64,000 bases of DNA, taken from positions 4,675 to 68,674 of the forward strand of contig DASWWM010000034.1 in assembly GCA_036405975.1 (NCBI GenBank), in the 5' to 3' direction. Shown here piece by piece: positions 52,195 through 61,823 of the stretch. Both the position numbers and the translations under genes were made by a program. This DNA comes from Minisyncoccota bacterium (GTDB lineage Bacteria > Patescibacteriota > Minisyncoccia > Phycocordibacterales > CAIZLB01). The notes beneath the pieces are model-generated. The model saw nothing but the letters and a program-made list of their open reading frames with translations. It was not told the origin of the DNA and did no database searches. The stretch's first letter is position 1. Each line of letters begins with the position of its first letter.

Positions 52195-55100
52195 ATGGCA
52201 GAGAAGACCAATCCAGAGCCCCAGACAGAGGTACATGCGGGCGATGCACTCAAGACAGTCTCTGCCCAAAGGGAAGAAGCGGTTCTTTCCTTTTGGCAGA
52301 ACAACCATATATTCGAAAAGAGCCTGAAAAGGGAATCTCCAAAAGGCAATTTCGTAATTTTTGACGGACCTCCTTACGCGACGGGCTTGCCGCACTACGG
52401 CCACATACTTCCTTCGACTATCAAGGACATCATCCCGCGGTACAAGACCATGCAGGGGTATTTCGTTCCTCGACGATGGGGATGGGACTGCCACGGTCTC
52501 CCGATCGAGAATCTCATCGAGAAGCAGCTCGGACTGAAAGACAAGAAGGCGATCGAAGAATACGGCATCGGCAATTTCAATAAAGCTGCGAAGGACAGCG
52601 TATTCGGCTATGCTCGCGACTGGAAAAGGATCATCGGCAAAGTAGGGCGATGGGTCGATATGGAAAATGACTATCATACGATGGACTCAAGCTATACGGA
52701 GTCAGTATGGTGGTCTTTCAAGGCGCTTCAGGAAAAAGGACTTGTATACGATGCCTTCAAGGTGATGCCGTATTGTCCTCGATGCGAGACATCGCTCTCT
52801 AACTTCGAAGTCGGTTTGGGATATAAGGATATTCCTGATATTTCAGCGTACGTCCTGTTCCCGGTATTGGGAGATGGCGGAAAGGCCACTGAAGAAAATT
52901 TCCTTGCATGGACGACGACCCCTTGGACTCTTCCCGGAAATACCGCACTCGCGCTCAATCCTGAACTTGAATACGTACTCGTGCGAGCGAGGACTGCGTC
53001 AGGCTCAACCCTCGTATGGGTTGCAAAAGATCTCGTTGCCGGACTTTCTGCAAAAGGCATTCTCCAGAAGCCCGAAGGCGATGGGTCGGCTGATTTCGAA
53101 GCGCTCAAGATGAAGAAGGGTTCCGAGCTTTCCGGCATTTCATACACGCCTCCCTTCGATTTCTACACAGCCGCAGGGTCTCTTGCTCCTGACCAGGAAT
53201 CAAAGCGTCCTTCAGCATGGAAGACGCATGTCGCAGATTTTGTAACTGCCGAAGACGGTACAGGCATCGTGCACATTGCACCGGCATTCGGAGATGACGA
53301 CTCCAAGCTCGCTCATGCAAACGGTATCCCTGTGATACAGCATGTCGGACGGGACGGACGACTCAAAGAAGGCCTTGGAAACCTCTCCGGACTTCATGCC
53401 AAGGAAAAGGCAAATCACCAGGCTACTGACATCGAAGTGATCAAGCTTCTTGCACATGCGACCGTCTCTGACGGATCGCCCCTTCTCTTCGCGAAGGAAA
53501 AGCTCGTGCACTCATATCCGCATTGCTGGAGATGCGAGACGCCTCTTCTCAACTATGCGACAACGTCATGGTTTGTTCAGGTTACAAAGCTCAAGGATCA
53601 GCTGATCGAGGCCAATGCCACTGTTAACTGGGTTCCAAAAGAAGTGGGAGAAGGACGGTTTGGGAAATGGCTCGAGAATGTCCGGGATTGGGCCGTATCG
53701 CGAACTCGATACTGGGGAGCTCCGCTTCCTATATGGAAAGGCGAGAAGACCGGACGAGCCGAGTTCATCGGTTCCGTCTCAGAGCTTAGGGAGAGGATTG
53801 CTGACAATGGAAACAGCTTCCTTTTGATGCGACATGGGGAGTCCGAGTCGAATACCAAGAATGTGATCAATTCAAGCGTTGCCGACCTTGATCTTTATCC
53901 GCTTACGGAAGCCGGGAAGACCCAAGTTGAGGCATCGGCACGGGCAATCATCGAGCGACAGCAGAAGCGAGGCAAGAAGATCACGAGGATCTACGCTTCA
54001 GATTTTAGACGAACAAAAGAGACTGCCCGACAGGTTGCTTCAGCACTCGGACTTGATCCGAACGACATCGTATTCGATGCGAGGATTCGAGAGGTTAATG
54101 CCGGAGATTTTAATGGCGGCAGCTGGAAGCAGAGAGATGAATATTTCCCGACACTTCATGAGCGAATCTTCAAGAAATGTCCGAATGGCGAGTCAGTCGC
54201 TGATCTTAAGAAAAGGACTGCTGAATTCCTCTACGACATCGAATCAAAGCATAAGGGCGAAGATATCCTCGTCGTTACGCATGGCCTGCCACTTCGGCTC
54301 ATGATGGGCACGGCTGAAGGAAAGACTTCGAGGGACATGCTCCGGTCTGGCTGGAGAGACTACTCCGATCCGACGGCATCGCTCCATGAATGCCATTTCA
54401 AGCCGCTTCCTCACAATGAGAACTTCGAGCTCGATCTCCATCGGCCATTCATCGATGAGATCGTTTGGAATGCACAGACTCCTGACGGAGGAACTGAGGT
54501 CATGCGAAGGATTCCTGACGTATTCGACGTATGGTATGACTCGGGATCGATGCCGTTTGCTCAGAACCATTACCCGTTCGAATCAAAGGACGAGTTCGAG
54601 AAGGAGGGCAGCACCCTGTTTCCGGCAGACTTCATCTCAGAGGGGATCGATCAGACCCGAGGCTGGTTCTACTCGCTCATGGTTCTTTCGGTGGCTCTCT
54701 TTGGAAAAGCGCCGTATAAGAATGTGACGGTAAACGGACTCATCCTTGCAGAAGACGGAAGGAAAATGTCGAAGAGCCTCAAGAACTATCCGGACCTTGA
54801 GCCCACGCTTGAAAAGTACGGAGGCGATTCGCTCCGGTTCATGCTCGCATCGTCTCCCGCGACTCATGCAGAGGAAGTGCTGTTCTCTGAGAAGGCGCTC
54901 GACGAGGTGAATAAGAAAATCTTCAATCGACTTGAGAACGTATATACGTTCTACAAGATGTACGCCTCTGAAGGATTGGCGGGGGAGACCTTGTCCCATG
55001 ACTCCGTGCCGATGAGCGTTCATGTTCTCGACAAGTGGATCATCTCTCGACTCGCGGAACTCAAGCTCGAAGTCGAAAAGAATCTTGACCTGTATCAGAT

Positions 55101-55899
55101 AGATAAGGCTGCCCGACCGATCAACCTATTCGTTGATGACATCTCGACATGGTATCTCCGACGGTCACGAGATCGATTCAAGGGAGATGACGCTGCGGAC
55201 AAGCAGGCAGCTATCGATACTACCCGTTTCGCTCTCATGACAGTGTCAAAGATCATTGCTCCGTTCGTGCCGTTCATGGCTGAGCACATGTATCAGAACC
55301 TCAAGGCTGATGCCGCTGCCGCAAGTTCGGCTCTCGCCGTTACGATGCCTGAAAGCGTGCATCTCTGCGACTGGCCGACATTGCCTGAGCCGGACATGGC
55401 CCTTATCGACTCTATGGCATCGCTTCGGAAGCTTGTCGAGACTGGCTTGGCCCTTCGGTCAAAGGCTGGCATCAAGGTGCGGCAGCCACTTGCCTCGTTT
55501 GCCTACAATGCGGGCGAAATGAATCTCTCTGCCGAACTTGCGGAGATTGCAGCGGATGAGCTCAATGTGAAGAATGTCGTGGCGGGAACTGAAGTGTCGC
55601 TTGATACTGAGCTGACAAAGGAGCTCAAGGACGAAGGTCTCGTCCGAGACGTCATCCGCGCGATCCAGGAGGGAAGAAAGCTTGCGGGGCTGAATCCTGG
55701 CGATTCGATCTCTCTCGAGCTCGGTTCTGACACTGTGACACTTGAGATTCTCAAGGCATATGAACAGATGATCAAGAAGCCTGTTCTCGCCGAAGCCGTT
55801 GCTTACGGAGATGTCAATGATGCGGCGGGACAGGTTATCGAAGTCGAATCTGCGAAGGTCAGCATCCTCATCAATGTCTCATCACATCTATCAAACTAA
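52195..55899 (+). CDS. ileS: Isoleucyl-tRNA synthetase carrying an in-frame inserted histidine-phosphatase (PGAM-like) domain
   Basis: The protein is 1234 aa. IleRS motifs are present: GPPYATGLPHYGHIL (HIGH), the CP1 editing region, DWAVSRTRYWGAPLPIW, DLHRPFIDEI, DVWYDSGSMPFAQ and GRKMSKSLKNYPD (KMSKS). Between WGAPLPIW and DLHRP, at about aa 538-735, lies LLMRHGESESN...RIYASDFRRTKETA...ILVVTHGLPLRLMMG, which carries the His_Phos_1 catalytic RHG, Arg and HG motifs. Confidence 0.85.
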   Translation: MAEKTNPEPQTEVHAGDALKTVSAQREEAVLSFWQNNHIFEKSLKRESPKGNFVIFDGPPYATGLPHYGHILPSTIKDIIPRYKTMQGYFVPRRWGWDCHGLPIENLIEKQLGLKDKKAIEEYGIGNFNKAAKDSVFGYARDWKRIIGKVGRWVDMENDYHTMDSSYTESVWWSFKALQEKGLVYDAFKVMPYCPRCETSLSNFEVGLGYKDIPDISAYVLFPVLGDGGKATEENFLAWTTTPWTLPGNTALALNPELEYVLVRARTASGSTLVWVAKDLVAGLSAKGILQKPEGDGSADFEALKMKKGSELSGISYTPPFDFYTAAGSLAPDQESKRPSAWKTHVADFVTAEDGTGIVHIAPAFGDDDSKLAHANGIPVIQHVGRDGRLKEGLGNLSGLHAKEKANHQATDIEVIKLLAHATVSDGSPLLFAKEKLVHSYPHCWRCETPLLNYATTSWFVQVTKLKDQLIEANATVNWVPKEVGEGRFGKWLENVRDWAVSRTRYWGAPLPIWKGEKTGRAEFIGSVSELRERIADNGNSFLLMRHGESESNTKNVINSSVADLDLYPLTEAGKTQVEASARAIIERQQKRGKKITRIYASDFRRTKETARQVASALGLDPNDIVFDARIREVNAGDFNGGSWKQRDEYFPTLHERIFKKCPNGESVADLKKRTAEFLYDIESKHKGEDILVVTHGLPLRLMMGTAEGKTSRDMLRSGWRDYSDPTASLHECHFKPLPHNENFELDLHRPFIDEIVWNAQTPDGGTEVMRRIPDVFDVWYDSGSMPFAQNHYPFESKDEFEKEGSTLFPADFISEGIDQTRGWFYSLMVLSVALFGKAPYKNVTVNGLILAEDGRKMSKSLKNYPDLEPTLEKYGGDSLRFMLASSPATHAEEVLFSEKALDEVNKKIFNRLENVYTFYKMYASEGLAGETLSHDSVPMSVHVLDKWIISRLAELKLEVEKNLDLYQIDKAARPINLFVDDISTWYLRRSRDRFKGDDAADKQAAIDTTRFALMTVSKIIAPFVPFMAEHMYQNLKADAAAASSALAVTMPESVHLCDWPTLPEPDMALIDSMASLRKLVETGLALRSKAGIKVRQPLASFAYNAGEMNLSAELAEIAADELNVKNVVAGTEVSLDTELTKELKDEGLVRDVIRAIQEGRKLAGLNPGDSISLELGSDTVTLEILKAYEQMIKKPVLAEAVAYGDVNDAAGQVIEVESAKVSILINVSSHLSN

Positions 55900-56464
55900 T
55901 GCATTCGTCCTAGGCAGTTCTGATCTGGGCGAAGCGAACAAGACCCTGCTTCTCTTCACTGAGGAGCTGGGTGTTTTGTATGCGGTGGCGCAGGGCATAA
56001 GGCTTCAGAAGTCGAAGCTCAAGGCGTCGCTCCAGGATTTCTCGTATATACGAGTCTGTTTAGTAAAAGGAAAGGAGGTGTGGAGGCTGACGAGTGCCGA
56101 GAAGCTCATATCTCTTTATGACAAGCGCCTTTCGCTCGAAGCGCGAAAGGCGCTTGCGGGCATTCTCCGGTTTGTACAGAGAATGTCTCCGGGGGAAGGA
56201 AAGCAGAAAGACCTATTTGAGATTCTGACCAAGCTTTGCGCATACGTATTCCAGAACAAGATTGATCTTGCAAAGATTCATTTGATTTCGGTAGTGGCCA
56301 AGTTCAAGATTCTTCATGTGCTCGGGTACGGATCGGGCAACGACGAGTTGGTGAAGAGGTATCAAGGATCAGAATGGAATGATGCCCTTATCGAAGGTGC
56401 TTCAAAAGATGAAGAAGCGCTGAACAGGCACAATGAAACGGCTCTTCGAGAAAGTCATCTGTGA
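55874..56464 (+). CDS. recO: DNA repair protein RecO (short form)
   Basis: MSHHIYQTNAFVLGSSDLGEANKTLLLFTEELGVLYAVAQGIRLQKSKLKASLQDFSYIRVCLVKGKEVWRL matches the RecO N-terminal OB fold. The start is at the internal Met and overlaps the ileS 3' end by 26 nt. Confidence 0.65.
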   Translation: MSHHIYQTNAFVLGSSDLGEANKTLLLFTEELGVLYAVAQGIRLQKSKLKASLQDFSYIRVCLVKGKEVWRLTSAEKLISLYDKRLSLEARKALAGILRFVQRMSPGEGKQKDLFEILTKLCAYVFQNKIDLAKIHLISVVAKFKILHVLGYGSGNDELVKRYQGSEWNDALIEGASKDEEALNRHNETALRESHL

Positions 56465-56479
56465 TATACTTTTATCCAT

Positions 56480-58432
56480 ATGGCAATGGATGACAGCAAA
56501 ATTGAGCAGCTCAAGAACAGGCTGAATTCTAATTCGGAAACAGATCCTGTTCCGGTCACGCATAGGCAGAAGCTTCCGCGGCACAGCGTCTTGGTGGGCC
56601 AGGCCTGGGAAGGGGATGCTACCGAGGAAAACCCCATCATCCGGCCTGACTTCGCAAAACTAAATCAATATGAGGACAAAAGCCCCCTCAAGAAGATACT
56701 CCTGGCGGTATTCTTGCTGTTCATCGCCGCGGTTGCATTTGCCGGATATGTCATTTTCTCAGGGGCAAATTTCGTCTCGAATAACAACATCGACATTCGG
56801 CTTATCGGTCCTGTGAGTTCGCCTGCAGGAGAAGAGCTCTCGCTCGATGTGGATATTACGAACCGGAATAAGACGGAGCTTCTTCTGGCCGACCTCGTTG
56901 TCACGTATCCTGAAGGAACGAGGTCGGCCAGTGACCGCATCACTCCGCTCCTGACTGACAGGACTGCCGTTGGAACCATCAAGGCGGGAGAGTCCGTGCG
57001 GCTCACTGTTAAGTCTGTTCTCTTCGGCGAGGAGAATGTTAAAAAGAATATCAATGTGGCACTTGAGTACGGCATTCCCGGATCAAGCAATATTTTCATA
57101 AAAGATAAGCAGTATCCGATGTTCATTGGTTCTTCGCCGATCACGGTAAACATCGAGGCGTTGAGAGAGGTGACTCCGGAACAGGAGGCGGACTTCAAAG
57201 TGAAGATCAAGTCGAATAGCTCGTCCATCGTTCGAGGCCTCATTCTCAAGGTGGAGTACCCATTCGGATTCGAATTCATCAGCTCTCTTCCGCAAGTTAC
57301 GGGTGACTCTGGCACCTGGGTTCTTGGGGACGTAAACCCAGGAGAAGAGCGAGAGATCGCCATCCGAGGGCGGATGATAGGCGGAGAAAATCAGGAGCGC
57401 GTATTCAGGTTCTATACTGGAACCGAAGATCCCAATGACAAGACGTCGATTGGCACCATTTTCGTGACCAACTCGGCAACTGTCGCACTCAAGAAACCGT
57501 TCCTCGGGGCTGATATCTCATTGGATGGAAAGACATCTGCCACATATGTCACATATGCCGGTGAGACCGTGAAGGGGGAGATCACATGGCAGAATAACCT
57601 CAATGTTCCCCTGAACGACGTCGTCGTCGAGGCGCGGATTGCCGGACAGATGCTCGACCGGCTCAGCATTCAGGGAGACCGAGGCTTTTACAGGTCAATC
57701 GACAATACCATTCTCTGGGACAGGACAACTCTCGCTGAGCTCAGGGAAGTCGGTCCGGGCCAGATAGGACGCCTTCAGTTCTCATTCTCGCCCGTCTCTC
57801 TCACTGCAAAGAATGCATCAGAGCTCACAAGGCAGGAGATGACGATCGATCTTGCGATCAGGGCAAAGCGATTTAGCGAGGACAATGTTCCTGTTGAAAT
57901 CACATCGAATATCGCGCGAAAGATTCAGATCGCATCAAACCTGGATATCACGACTGGTGCCATTCGGACTGTCGGTCCGTTCCAGAATACAGGACCTGTT
58001 CCGCCTATGCCTGAGCAGAAAACGACATATACCATGTTCGTCAGCGTCACCAACTCGTATAACAATGTGAAGGATGCGGTATATACGGCAACTCTTCCTG
58101 CCTATGTCGAATGGCTTGGAAAGGTATACCCTGAGAATTCAAGCGTGAAGTACAATGCCGATACACGACAGATCACGTGGCCAGTCGGGGACATCTCTTC
58201 GGGTACCGGATACTCGTCGAGCAAGAAGGAATTCGCATTCCAGGTCCAGCTTCTTCCGAGCTTGAGCCAGATCGGAACGTCGCCCATTCTCGTTGGAAGC
58301 CAGAAGCTCACAGGCCGTGACAATTTCACAGGAACCATCGTCGAGAGCAAGACGCAGTCTTCAGATACGAAGATGAGCACGGATCCCGCGTACAAGTTCG
58401 GCGACGAGAAGGTCGGTGGGGAGGGCAGGTAA
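56480..58432 (+). CDS. Large bitopic surface protein with repeated beta-sandwich-like (CARDB/DUF11-like) modules
   Basis: A 650 aa protein. It has a cytoplasmic N-terminus of about 65 aa, a TM helix (ILLAVFLLFIAAVAFAGYVIF), then about four similar 120 aa modules rich in V/T/G and starting ...I.L.V.I.N... Confidence 0.5.
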   Translation: MAMDDSKIEQLKNRLNSNSETDPVPVTHRQKLPRHSVLVGQAWEGDATEENPIIRPDFAKLNQYEDKSPLKKILLAVFLLFIAAVAFAGYVIFSGANFVSNNNIDIRLIGPVSSPAGEELSLDVDITNRNKTELLLADLVVTYPEGTRSASDRITPLLTDRTAVGTIKAGESVRLTVKSVLFGEENVKKNINVALEYGIPGSSNIFIKDKQYPMFIGSSPITVNIEALREVTPEQEADFKVKIKSNSSSIVRGLILKVEYPFGFEFISSLPQVTGDSGTWVLGDVNPGEEREIAIRGRMIGGENQERVFRFYTGTEDPNDKTSIGTIFVTNSATVALKKPFLGADISLDGKTSATYVTYAGETVKGEITWQNNLNVPLNDVVVEARIAGQMLDRLSIQGDRGFYRSIDNTILWDRTTLAELREVGPGQIGRLQFSFSPVSLTAKNASELTRQEMTIDLAIRAKRFSEDNVPVEITSNIARKIQIASNLDITTGAIRTVGPFQNTGPVPPMPEQKTTYTMFVSVTNSYNNVKDAVYTATLPAYVEWLGKVYPENSSVKYNADTRQITWPVGDISSGTGYSSSKKEFAFQVQLLPSLSQIGTSPILVGSQKLTGRDNFTGTIVESKTQSSDTKMSTDPAYKFGDEKVGGEGR

Positions 58433-58521
58433 GGCTTGTCTGAATCGAATAGCTCTCGCATGTAATGCGCGGATGTCCGCGCATTTACTATTGCCATTAA
58501 AACCGCTACTATTGTCACATT

Positions 58522-60021
58522 ATGACAAATACACCGACGAATTACCCTGAAAATACGATGGAAAAGCTCATTTCGCTCTCGAAGCGAAAAGGGTTCATCT
58601 ACCAGGGGTCGGAGATTTACGGAGGACTCGCGGGAACGTGGGATTACGGACCGCTCGGAGTTGCCCTCAAGAACAATATCAAGAATATCTGGTGGAAAAG
58701 GTTCGTCCTCGACCGGGAAGACATGTACGGAGTCGATGCGGCAATCCTCATGAACCAGGAGGTGTGGAAGGCCAGCGGTCATGTCGGCGGTTTCTCTGAT
58801 CCATTGGTCGAAGACCTGAAGACGAACAAGCGCTATCGAGCCGATCATCTCATTGAGGACTTTGCAGAAAAGAATCCTGCAGCGGGTGTCGATACAAAAG
58901 GAATGGGCCTTGCGTATATGGCCGAGGTCATCAAGAACAATGGCATCAAGAGTCCCGAGGGAAATCCGCTTGGCGAGGTGCGACAGTTCAATATGATGTT
59001 CAAGACGAGCGTCGGCGCAATGCAGGACGAAGGATCTGTTTCATATCTTCGACCTGAGACTGCACAGGGAATGTTCGTAAACTTCAAGAATGTCGTCGAC
59101 TCATTCCATCCGAAGCTTCCGTTCGGCCTTGCTCAGATCGGAAAGGCCTTCCGAAACGAGATCGCCCCGCGAGATTTCATTTTCCGAACGCGAGAGTTCG
59201 AACAGATGGAGATCGAGTATTTCATAAAGCCTCCGAAGAATGACGAAGACAAGGCATGGGAGGAGGTGTTCAATCATTTCAGGGAACAGGTCGTGGCATT
59301 CACGACCGACATCGGACTTAATCCGGCAAAGATCCATGAGCTTGAGGTGGCCGGTGCTGACCGAGCTCACTACTCAAAGCGAACCATCGACTTCGAATTC
59401 GACTATACGTTTGGACGAAAAGAGCTGTACGGCCTTGCATACCGAACTGACTTCGACCTCGGCGCTCATATGAATGCGTCAAAGGCAGACCTCAGGTATT
59501 TCGAAGAGCAGTCAGAAGAGACTGATCCTGAAAAAAAGAAATACGTTGCGCATTGCATCGAGCCTTCATTCGGAGTTGACCGAACGGTGCTTGCGGTTCT
59601 TATGGATGCATACGCGGAGGATGAGCTCGGAGGCGAGCCGCGAGCTTTTATGAAATTCTCTCCGAAAGTCGCACCAGTTTTGGCTGCGGTTTCTCCGCTT
59701 CTCAAGAACAAGCCGCATCTCGTTGAGAAGGCGAGAGAGGTGTACGGATCTCTTCGAAAGGCATTTCCAGGACGAGTGGTGTTCGATGACAATGGAAATG
59801 TTGGAAAGCGATACCGACGACAGGATGAGATCGGTACCCCGTTCTGCATCGTGATCGACTTCGATACGATCGAGGGTACAGATGAAAGCGGCCAGGACAA
59901 ATACGACGACAATGGTCAACCACTTCTCAATACAGTAACCGTTCGACACCGAGATACAGGCGAACAGGTGCGAATGGGAATCTTCGAGGTCGAGGCGTAC
60001 ATCCGGGCTTCGCTTGCATAG
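58522..60021 (+). CDS. glyQS: Glycyl-tRNA synthetase (homodimeric class II GlyQS type)
   Basis: FIYQGSEIYGGLAGTWDYGPLGVALKNNIKNIWWKRFV, class II motifs (FRNEIAPRDFIFRTREFEQME; GVDRTVLAV) and a C-terminal anticodon-binding domain are present. The protein is 499 aa. Confidence 0.9.
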   Translation: MTNTPTNYPENTMEKLISLSKRKGFIYQGSEIYGGLAGTWDYGPLGVALKNNIKNIWWKRFVLDREDMYGVDAAILMNQEVWKASGHVGGFSDPLVEDLKTNKRYRADHLIEDFAEKNPAAGVDTKGMGLAYMAEVIKNNGIKSPEGNPLGEVRQFNMMFKTSVGAMQDEGSVSYLRPETAQGMFVNFKNVVDSFHPKLPFGLAQIGKAFRNEIAPRDFIFRTREFEQMEIEYFIKPPKNDEDKAWEEVFNHFREQVVAFTTDIGLNPAKIHELEVAGADRAHYSKRTIDFEFDYTFGRKELYGLAYRTDFDLGAHMNASKADLRYFEEQSEETDPEKKKYVAHCIEPSFGVDRTVLAVLMDAYAEDELGGEPRAFMKFSPKVAPVLAAVSPLLKNKPHLVEKAREVYGSLRKAFPGRVVFDDNGNVGKRYRRQDEIGTPFCIVIDFDTIEGTDESGQDKYDDNGQPLLNTVTVRHRDTGEQVRMGIFEVEAYIRASLA

Positions 60022-60074
60022 CCCGAGAGTCTCATCAGAAGAAGCTTGAGAAAAAGCCCTGAAAGAGGCTTTTT

Positions 60075-60356
60075 ATGTATCTGCTTGCATTCTGTCGTCC
60101 TGTAGAGATAGACTGTGAATGGAAAGGATATTTGATTATGGGCTTTTCACCACGCAAGGACCCGAGGGCAAGCTGCCCCATTTCAGGCATGAGGAACGAT
60201 GCCTACGAAATCCCTCTCGAGACACTTTCTCAGGAGGAGCAGAAAGAGGAACAAAGAATCTTGTCTGAAGAGACACAGGATTTGTTTAAGAGGATCGGTG
60301 TCATGCCCTTGGGGGTTGGCACGGCTTCGTTAGCAAATTCAACCGAGTCCGCATGA
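60075..60356 (+). CDS. Hypothetical small protein (weak)
   Basis: A 93 aa ORF between two terminator-like hairpins (60043-60070 and 60368-60398). No motif recognised. Confidence 0.25.
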   Translation: MYLLAFCRPVEIDCEWKGYLIMGFSPRKDPRASCPISGMRNDAYEIPLETLSQEEQKEEQRILSEETQDLFKRIGVMPLGVGTASLANSTESA

Positions 60357-60502
60357 ACGCGGTCGGCCGCCCCTTTTCGAAGGGGCGGTTTTTTAATTTG
60401 TAAAGTTAGTAAGTCTCTGGCACTCCGCTGCTTGCTCGAATGATAAGAAATGCGCCCGCCCTCAATGTTTGCAAAATCTGTGGGCGGGCGTATATTTTGT
60501 CC

Positions 60503-61795
60503 ATGCCAAAAACCCCTACATTCCACAAAGAAAAGCTCAAGAACGGACTCCGATTCATCCATGTTCCGCTTGAGACAACCGAAACGGTCCTGGCCATGGT
60601 TCTCGTGGGAACGGGCGCTGACTACGAATCAAAAGCCGAGAATGGCCTCGCACATTTCCTTGAGCATATGTGTTTCAAGGGAACGGCAAAGCGGCCTAAT
60701 GCGAAAGGTATCGCCCTCGAGTTCGACAATATCGGCGCTGACTACAATGCCTTCACCGGAAGGTCTCATACCGGATACTATGCGCGAGCGCACAAGAAGC
60801 ATGCATCTAAGATCATCGAGATGGTTTCTGACATTTATCTGAACTCGACGTTTCCGGAAGCCGAGATAGAAAAGGAGAAAGGCGTGATCATTCAGGAAAT
60901 CAATATGTACATGGACGATCCGCAGTTCCGCGTTTCAAGGCTTGCTACAGTTCAGCTTTACGGTGACCAGCCGGCAGGAAGGGAAATAGCCGGCACGAAG
61001 GAGACGGTATCTTCTTTCACAAGAAAAGATATCGTTCGGTATTACGATGACCAGTACTCAGCGAAAAACACCGTGGTTGTGATTGCCGGAAACATAAAGA
61101 GGACGCAGGCAAAGTCTCAAGTGGAGAAGTTGTTTAAAGGCTTGAATCCGGGCAAAGTGGCAAAGCGGCCTATTACAAAAGTGAACCAGGACAAGCCGAA
61201 TGTCGCACTTGAGTTTCGGGAGACTGACCAGACACATCTTATTCTCACTTTCAGGGCGATGGGATATCTCGACAAGAGGAATCCAGCCGCTCGCTCACTT
61301 GCCATGGCTCTTGGATCCGGGATGAGCTCTCGGCTCTTCCAAAAAATGCGTGAGGAGCTCGGCATCTGCTATTACATCAATGCTGGACTCCATGCCCGAC
61401 ATGATGTGGGCGAATTCGTCATAACGGCTGGCGTGGCAAATGACAGGGTGAATGAGGCACTGGAGGGCATCATCGACGAGCTGAAAAACGTAAGCAAGAA
61501 TGGCATCGAACAGGCCGAGCTGGAAAAAGTGAAGGAAGGGAGACTTTCAAGTCTCGTGCTCCATCTTGAGACGACTGAAGACTATGCAGATTTCTATGCA
61601 AAGCAGGAGATCCTTAAGGGTAAGATCGAGCTGCCAAAGGACAGGATCAAGGAAATAGAAGGTGTGACGCTCAAGTCGGTAAATACGCTGGCAAAGGACA
61701 TTTTCAGCCCTGAAAAGGCAAATCTTGCCGTTCTGGGACCCTTCTCCGAGTCAAAAAAGAAGGAGTTCATGAAGATCCTATCAAGTCTTAGTTAG
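60503..61795 (+). CDS. M16-family (insulinase/pitrilysin-like) zinc peptidase
   Basis: GLAHFLEHMCFKGT carries the inverted zinc motif HxxEH of M16. NIGADYNAFTGRSHTGYY is present, and the protein has two-domain length. The start is at the internal Met MPKTPTFHKEKL. Confidence 0.8.
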   Translation: MPKTPTFHKEKLKNGLRFIHVPLETTETVLAMVLVGTGADYESKAENGLAHFLEHMCFKGTAKRPNAKGIALEFDNIGADYNAFTGRSHTGYYARAHKKHASKIIEMVSDIYLNSTFPEAEIEKEKGVIIQEINMYMDDPQFRVSRLATVQLYGDQPAGREIAGTKETVSSFTRKDIVRYYDDQYSAKNTVVVIAGNIKRTQAKSQVEKLFKGLNPGKVAKRPITKVNQDKPNVALEFRETDQTHLILTFRAMGYLDKRNPAARSLAMALGSGMSSRLFQKMREELGICYYINAGLHARHDVGEFVITAGVANDRVNEALEGIIDELKNVSKNGIEQAELEKVKEGRLSSLVLHLETTEDYADFYAKQEILKGKIELPKDRIKEIEGVTLKSVNTLAKDIFSPEKANLAVLGPFSESKKKEFMKILSSLS

Positions 61796-61823
61796 GCCTT
61801 GCGTTTTGTGATATTCTGTAGGC

